Of a stretch of 64,000 nt of DNA, positions 62,601 through 64,000 are shown piece by piece. Within the stretch, counting starts at the first letter, position 1, and every line of letters begins with the position of its first letter. Under the pieces are notes generated by a model. The model was not told where the DNA came from. It was given only the letters and a program-made list of their open reading frames with translations, and did not search any database. The translations under genes were made by a program, and so were the position numbers. Source of the DNA: Antedon mediterranea (lineage: Eukaryota > Animalia > Echinodermata); contig NC_092677.1 of the NCBI RefSeq assembly GCF_964355755.1, forward strand, positions 2,006,101 through 2,070,100, read 5' to 3'.

Positions 62601-62970
62601 AAAAGTTGTTCTGAATGCAGAAAATTGTACTTCATTAAAGTAATTCATTGCTATAATTTTGAAACATTTAGTAATACCTGTGCTGTGTGTAAGGGATATT
62701 TCATTTGTATCATTTTCTTCTGCTTCTGAAAATACAAGAAACATTTTAAGAAAAATAATTGTTTGTTTTTGGTCAGCAGCAAAGTAGTTGTGGTCATAAA
62801 TATCAAATTGTGGTCAGAACCCAGTAAAATTTTTAAGTATATTTAAGCAAAATTTGAAAATAACAGATTTATATTTCATTCACACAATATTCAACTGCAA
62901 ATTTTGAAACATTTAGTATTACCTGTGCTGTGTGTAAGGGATATTTCATTTGTATCATCATCTTCTGCTT
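56634..62970 (-). CDS. Divergent paralog of the Ig-TM receptor (partial; 5' exons not found in this window)
   Basis: In-phase GT-AG exons: 62970-62923 and 62725-62678 (duplicated stalk exons), 62200-62089 (TM IAIVAPTFLVLLIGIAYMIY), 61180-61125, 60602-60545, 60356-60175, 60074-59991, 59799-59749, 57199-57102, 56798-56634 (stop; the last exon is uncertain). Homologous pairs with gene 1: DCVSGKKIKYGWLVFGG vs DQRSGGKLSTGTIFVGG, and EIFVVLSKDEVKW vs KVFIMWTDNEIKW, with the same exon phases. Confidence 0.7.
58352..59300 (+). mobile_element. Penelope-like element remnant with two direct pseudo-LTR copies in (TA)n
   Basis: 58352-58520 is repeated at 59078-59295 (GGCAGCACTTGCCAGCTTTA...GCCTTTGGATTTATATA); the second copy carries a hammerhead motif. 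Confidence 0.6.
59126..59165 (+). ncRNA. Minimal type I hammerhead ribozyme (Penelope-type)
   Basis: GCA-CTGATGA-A-GGGC-TAGTGTT-GCCC-GAAA-GC-TC-TGC: core CUGAUGA, stem II GGGC/GCCC, GAAA, palindromic AGCT mini stem III, UC cleavage site, short stem I GCA/TGC. Confidence 0.7.
61568..61864. mobile_element. Harbinger-like MITE in an intron of the paralog
   Basis: Imperfect TIR CTGCTTTTACATCGCACCCGGATT vs AATCCGAGCACAATGTGAAAACAG. Confidence 0.55.
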
Positions 62971-64000
62971 CTGAAAATACAAGAAACATTGTAAGAAAAA
63001 TAATACATGCTATGGTATTAACTGATACATTGGGTAAGAAAATCAGTGTTCACATTGGCTGAAATTTAAATTTACTGGTCATATTGTTTTAACACAAACC
63101 TTGTTTAAGACAGTTAACTGGGGCTGCAGTTTCAATTACGCAGCTAGTGGACCCAGTGGACCTGTACAGTACCAAATAGAAACGTGGACAACATGTTTTG
63201 TGTTTCAGATATAACTTTTTAATTACTGTTAATTAAATTCAATTGATTCAAATTTCTTTATATAGATCAATAGTAATTACTACAGTCATTGTTAAATACT
63301 GTAAATACCTTGATTAATCAAATAATTTATCATGACACCATTAATTATCAAAAACCAATTGCTTCATAATCATACCAACAAATTATTTATCACTAGTTCA
63401 TTTAAAATATTACTGTATAATTGTTTTTGATTATTGATTATATTACACAAATCAGCAGTTCAAGGTGCATAACATAACCATGTCCAATTCCTCTATGATA
63501 ATTTATGTAACTGAATAATTGTTATACAATAAACACATAGTTACCAACCATATCACATTGTCATCGTCATCAGGTCCCGCATTTCAAAGTGATTTTTAAT
63601 GAAACACGCATTTTGAACAAACACATGCATGACCACATACTGTATTTGTCACACATTTAGCAGAAGTACAGGTATGCGTGATCATCTTTTATCACCATTT
63701 GAGAGGAAAATGCATTCAAATTTATTGGTATAATTTTAAAAGTATAAAACAGTTATGCAAGTATTTGTTAATAAACACCACACATATCAACAAAAATATG
63801 TGTACCGTACCAGAAGTACCTTATTATCGGTGACTTCCCCCTGACGTTCGCAATGGGAGTGTCTTTTCCGGCTAACTAGAGGCGCTATTTATCATGAATT
63901 TTACGTGCTAGTACCATTTCAGGCCATCTAGGGGTGTCAGTGAACTAAATTTGCTCCGCAACAGGCCCTACCATGGGGAGGGGGAAGGGCTGTGGCTCAA

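Overview
AT-rich animal genomic DNA with spliceosomal introns, most likely a marine deuterostome invertebrate such as an echinoderm (inferred from the repeat types, not proven). It holds three host genes, all on the minus strand. (1) An NHLH/HEN/NSCL bHLH gene, CDS 4637-4978. (2) A 13-exon, about 683-aa single-pass receptor that I reconstructed exon by exon (36705->15485): signal peptide, two Ig-like domains, a TM helix, and a cytoplasmic region that resembles degenerate FAMeT-like (Methyltransf_FA) beta-repeats rather than TIR, kinase or death domains. (3) The 3' part of a divergent paralog (62970->56634; its 5' exons were not found and probably lie beyond the window) with matching exon phases and a tandemly duplicated stalk mini-exon. 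The rest is dominated by transposons: a nearly intact single-ORF EN+RT LINE; a decayed MULE with a 9-bp TSD; two inverted copies of a TTAA-flanked (Kolobok-like) element bracketing exon 1 of the receptor; and a nest resolved largely by TSDs (TAG..CTA element with 10-bp TSD, P-like element with 7-bp TSD, a 5-kb foldback palindrome built of 97-bp hairpin units, a second LINE, subterminal-repeat elements). Also present are tRNA-derived modules, a CORE-type SINE, a Penelope-type minimal hammerhead ribozyme and several minisatellites. There is no CRISPR, rRNA or clearly functional tRNA. All family assignments are by eye; no searches were run.
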